Positions 61,696 to 64,000 of a DNA stretch of 64,000 nucleotides are shown in pieces. Made by a program: the position numbers and the translations under genes. The first letter of the stretch is position 1. Each line of letters starts with the position of its first letter. This stretch comes from Cyanobacteria bacterium RYN_339 (GTDB lineage Bacteria; Cyanobacteriota; Sericytochromatia; S15B-MN24; JAQBPE01): assembly GCA_028287685.1 (NCBI GenBank), contig JAQBPE010000490.1:4642-68641 (forward strand), read 5' to 3'. The notes under the pieces are model-generated. The model had not been told where the DNA came from, did no database searches, and was given only the letters and a program-made list of their open reading frames with translations.

Positions 61696-64000
61696 AGCTT
61701 CTTCTCCTCCGGGCGGTGCTTCACATGCTGGTCCAACCAGCGGGTCATCTCCCACAGCACGTGCAGCGTGCTCTCGCGTGCCTGGTAGCCGTGGCTCTCG
61801 GCGGGCAGCATCACCAGCCGCACGTTGCCCCCCAGGCCGCTCACGGCCGCGAACAGCCGTTCGCTTTGGATCGGGTTGGTGCCCTGGTTGTTGTCTGCCA
61901 TGCCGTGGATCAAGAGCAGGGGCGCCTTGATCGCTGCTGCATGGTTGAACGGGGACATGGTGCCATAAGTTCCCTCCGCCTGCCAGAAGGTGCGCTCCTC
62001 GCCCTGGAACCCGAAGGGTGTGAGCGTCCGGTTGTAGGCGCCGGAACGCGCGATGCCGGCCGCGAAGAGCTGGGTGTGCGCCAGCAGGTTGGCGGTCATG
62101 AAGGCCCCATATGAATGGCCGCCCACCGCGATGCGGCGCCGGTCCGCCACGCCCCGGCGCACCACCTCGTCCACGGCGGCCTGGGCGCCCGCGGTCAGCT
62201 GCTGCACGTAGGTGTCGTTCGGCTCCGCGGTGCCCGCGCCGACGATCGGCAGAGCGGGGTCGTCCAGCACCGCATAGCCCTGCGTCAGCCAGAACAGCGG
62301 GCTGCTGCCGGAGATGCGGTCGAAGCGGAAGGGGCTGCCCACCACCTGGCCGGCGGCGTCCGCGCTCTTGAATTCGCGCGGATACGCCCACATCAACATG
62401 GGCAGGGGGCCCTGGGCGGGCGTCCAGCCGGCGGGGGTGTAGAGCTTGCCGGAGAGCTTCACGCCGTCGTTGCGTTGGTAGGTGATCAGCGCCTTGTGGA
62501 TGCCGGCCAGCGGCTTGGAAGGGTTGGCGAAGCGTGTGACCTGGCGTTCGGTCTTGCCGTCGTGCAGGAAGTAGTTGGGCGGCTCCGCCACGCCCTCGCG
62601 GCTGGTCAGGAACGTGCCTTCGTCGAGCAGCTTCGACACGAACTCGTAGTGCGGCGCCGCGGAGCGCCAGAGCACCGTGCGCTCGAGGCCGGGCAGCGCG
62701 ACCTTGGCCAGGAACGGCTCGCTGCCACGCGGCGAGGCGCCCTCGCCCTCCAGGTAGAAGCCGTTCCCGGTGGTCGCCAGCACCAGCTGGCCGCGGGCGT
62801 CGCGCTTCAACAGGGGCTTGCCGGGGTCCCCATAGTGATCCTCGCTGCTGCGGTCCCACAGCAGCCGTGGCTTGGCCCCCGGCACGCCGGGCTCGACGAT
62901 CCAGGTGCGCGTGCGGCGGGTCTTCCACCAGCCCTCCGTGACCAACGCCAGGTGGTTGGAGCTCCAGGCCACGTCTTCCATGTGGAAGGCCAGCTCCGCC
63001 AGCTTCCAGGGCTTGCCCCGGAACGGCGCCGGGAAGGTGTAGACGACGTCGCGCACCGTTGCGGGCCGGGCCGGGTCGCCGCCATCCTGGGCCTCGGCCC
63101 AGGCCAGCGTGGCGGGCGCGTCTCCGCGCCATTCCAGTTGGCGCGGGCCCGGGCGCACGGCGTCGAACGAGATCGGGATCGTCTCCGCCAGCGGCAGGTC
63201 CGCCAGCGTGCGGGCCTTGCGGCCGCGCGCATCCCAGATCTCCAGCGCTACCGGGAAGCGCTGGTAGGGCACCTTGTAGGAGAATGGCCGGTGCAGCCGG
63301 CGCACCAGCACGAAGTTCCCGTCCGGCGAGGGCGCGGCGCTCTCCAGCAGGTCGGGCGAGCCCAGCCGGGTTTCGCGGCCGGACAGCTCCACGCGCTCGA
63401 CCTGGGCCTGCATGTGGTAGGCGAAGAGGGCTTCGTCCTGCGGGTCTTTCAGCATGTCGGCATAGGTCGGCGCGGGCGCCTTGCGGCCGAAGCTCTCCTG
63501 GGTCACGGGGCCCTTGGGGACGCCGTCGTCCGCCGGCGCCGGCCCGCGGCCCGCGGGGATGGCGCGCGCGATCAGCGCGCGGCCGTCCGGCAGCCAGTGG
63601 AAGGGCGCGCCGCCCAGCGCATTGAGCCGCAGCCGCCCCAGCCGGCCGGCCCGGCGCGCCGCCACGTCCAGCGTCCACAGCTCCAGGCCCTGGGGACCCG
63701 CCAGGCTAAACGCCACGTGGCGCCCGTCCGGCGCCCACATCACATGCTCGATGCGGGGACGCGCGGGCAGGCCGTGGATGGGCAGGGGCGTGCCGCTGGG
63801 CAGTTGCAGCAGCGCCATGGCCTCGTAGCGCCGTTGGCGGCTCTCCGCGTTCAGGCGCGGGTCCAGGCGCAGGCCGGCCAGCCGCAGCTCCGGCGCCGCC
63901 ACCTCGTGGATGCCTAGCAGCGCCTGGCGCGTCAGCTGCAAGGCCGTGCGCCGATTCGGGCCCACGTTCAGCACCGGCGTGGCCGGCGCGTCCACCAGGT
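61692..64000 (-). CDS. Prolyl oligopeptidase family (S9) serine peptidase, 5'-partial at window edge
   Basis: Beta-propeller N-region plus alpha/beta-hydrolase triad motifs GGHSYGAF (Ser), LLLIHGMADNN (Asp), PAESHGY (His). The frame stays open to nt 64000. Confidence 0.9.
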   Translation of the reverse strand, partial: LVDAPATPVLNVGPNRRTALQLTRQALLGIHEVAAPELRLAGLRLDPRLNAESRQRRYEAMALLQLPSGTPLPIHGLPARPRIEHVMWAPDGRHVAFSLAGPQGLELWTLDVAARRAGRLGRLRLNALGGAPFHWLPDGRALIARAIPAGRGPAPADDGVPKGPVTQESFGRKAPAPTYADMLKDPQDEALFAYHMQAQVERVELSGRETRLGSPDLLESAAPSPDGNFVLVRRLHRPFSYKVPYQRFPVALEIWDARGRKARTLADLPLAETIPISFDAVRPGPRQLEWRGDAPATLAWAEAQDGGDPARPATVRDVVYTFPAPFRGKPWKLAELAFHMEDVAWSSNHLALVTEGWWKTRRTRTWIVEPGVPGAKPRLLWDRSSEDHYGDPGKPLLKRDARGQLVLATTGNGFYLEGEGASPRGSEPFLAKVALPGLERTVLWRSAAPHYEFVSKLLDEGTFLTSREGVAEPPNYFLHDGKTERQVTRFANPSKPLAGIHKALITYQRNDGVKLSGKLYTPAGWTPAQGPLPMLMWAYPREFKSADAAGQVVGSPFRFDRISGSSPLFWLTQGYAVLDDPALPIVGAGTAEPNDTYVQQLTAGAQAAVDEVVRRGVADRRRIAVGGHSYGAFMTANLLAHTQLFAAGIARSGAYNRTLTPFGFQGEERTFWQAEGTYGTMSPFNHAAAIKAPLLLIHGMADNNQGTNPIQSERLFAAVSGLGGNVRLVMLPAESHGYQARESTLHVLWEMTRWLDQHVKHRPEEKKL

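Noticed and set aside
61696-63678. Upstream 661 codons of track ORF 61087-63678 (-)
   Set aside because: This part overlaps the S9 peptidase gene out of frame and translates to Arg/Pro/Gly-rich sequence. Only the last 202 codons (the Sel1 protein, with its own SD and signal peptide) look real.

Overview
This is a 64-kb window from a high-GC bacterium (about 70% GC, judged by eye), probably diderm given RND efflux parts, many lipoproteins and an OM-barrel-like domain. I cannot assign a taxon. I support about 55 protein-coding genes. I found no rRNA, tRNA, CRISPR array, transposase or integrase. The many long ORFs antisense to real genes are high-GC artefacts. Housekeeping and metabolic content: two sensor kinases and a CheY-like regulator; a biotin carboxylase-BCCP fusion; hutH with split formiminotransferase and cyclodeaminase genes; a translationally coupled acyl-CoA dehydrogenase and APH-type kinase pair; a crotonase; an M16 peptidase pair; an amidase; a PLD lipoprotein; an RND pump and its adaptor; an AI-2E transporter; signal peptidase I; two SCO1 proteins; a cyanophycinase-like peptidase; PBP4; a clan-A glycosidase; and an S9 peptidase. 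The accessory part (about 12.9-25.3 kb) is the most unusual. It holds a His-repeat mini-protein, two divergent HExxH proteins, and a tightly coupled operon whose products are all predicted to be exported: Sel1 / beta-helix-CARDB-caspase (dyad intact) / LPP20-like+DUF4384 / LPP20-like lipoprotein / Sel1, with a further convergent Sel1 gene. I rate that operon as the best candidate for an undescribed system, an envelope-located orthocaspase module. Second-tier observations: three paralogous stand-alone proteins of about 135-140 aa, each with a near-perfect MshEN-type c-di-GMP-binding motif pair (24+5+24 residues), one preceded by an attenuator-like leader; a monocistronic 865-aa protein with an EF-hand, repeats and glycine-zipper segments; a SCO1 fused to a barrel-like domain in a four-gene coupled operon; a PAS kinase gene sitting antisense between the RND adaptor and pump genes; and a small lower-GC islet interrupting an acyl-CoA gene cluster. 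All domain calls come from motif recognition by eye. No database search or computation was run.
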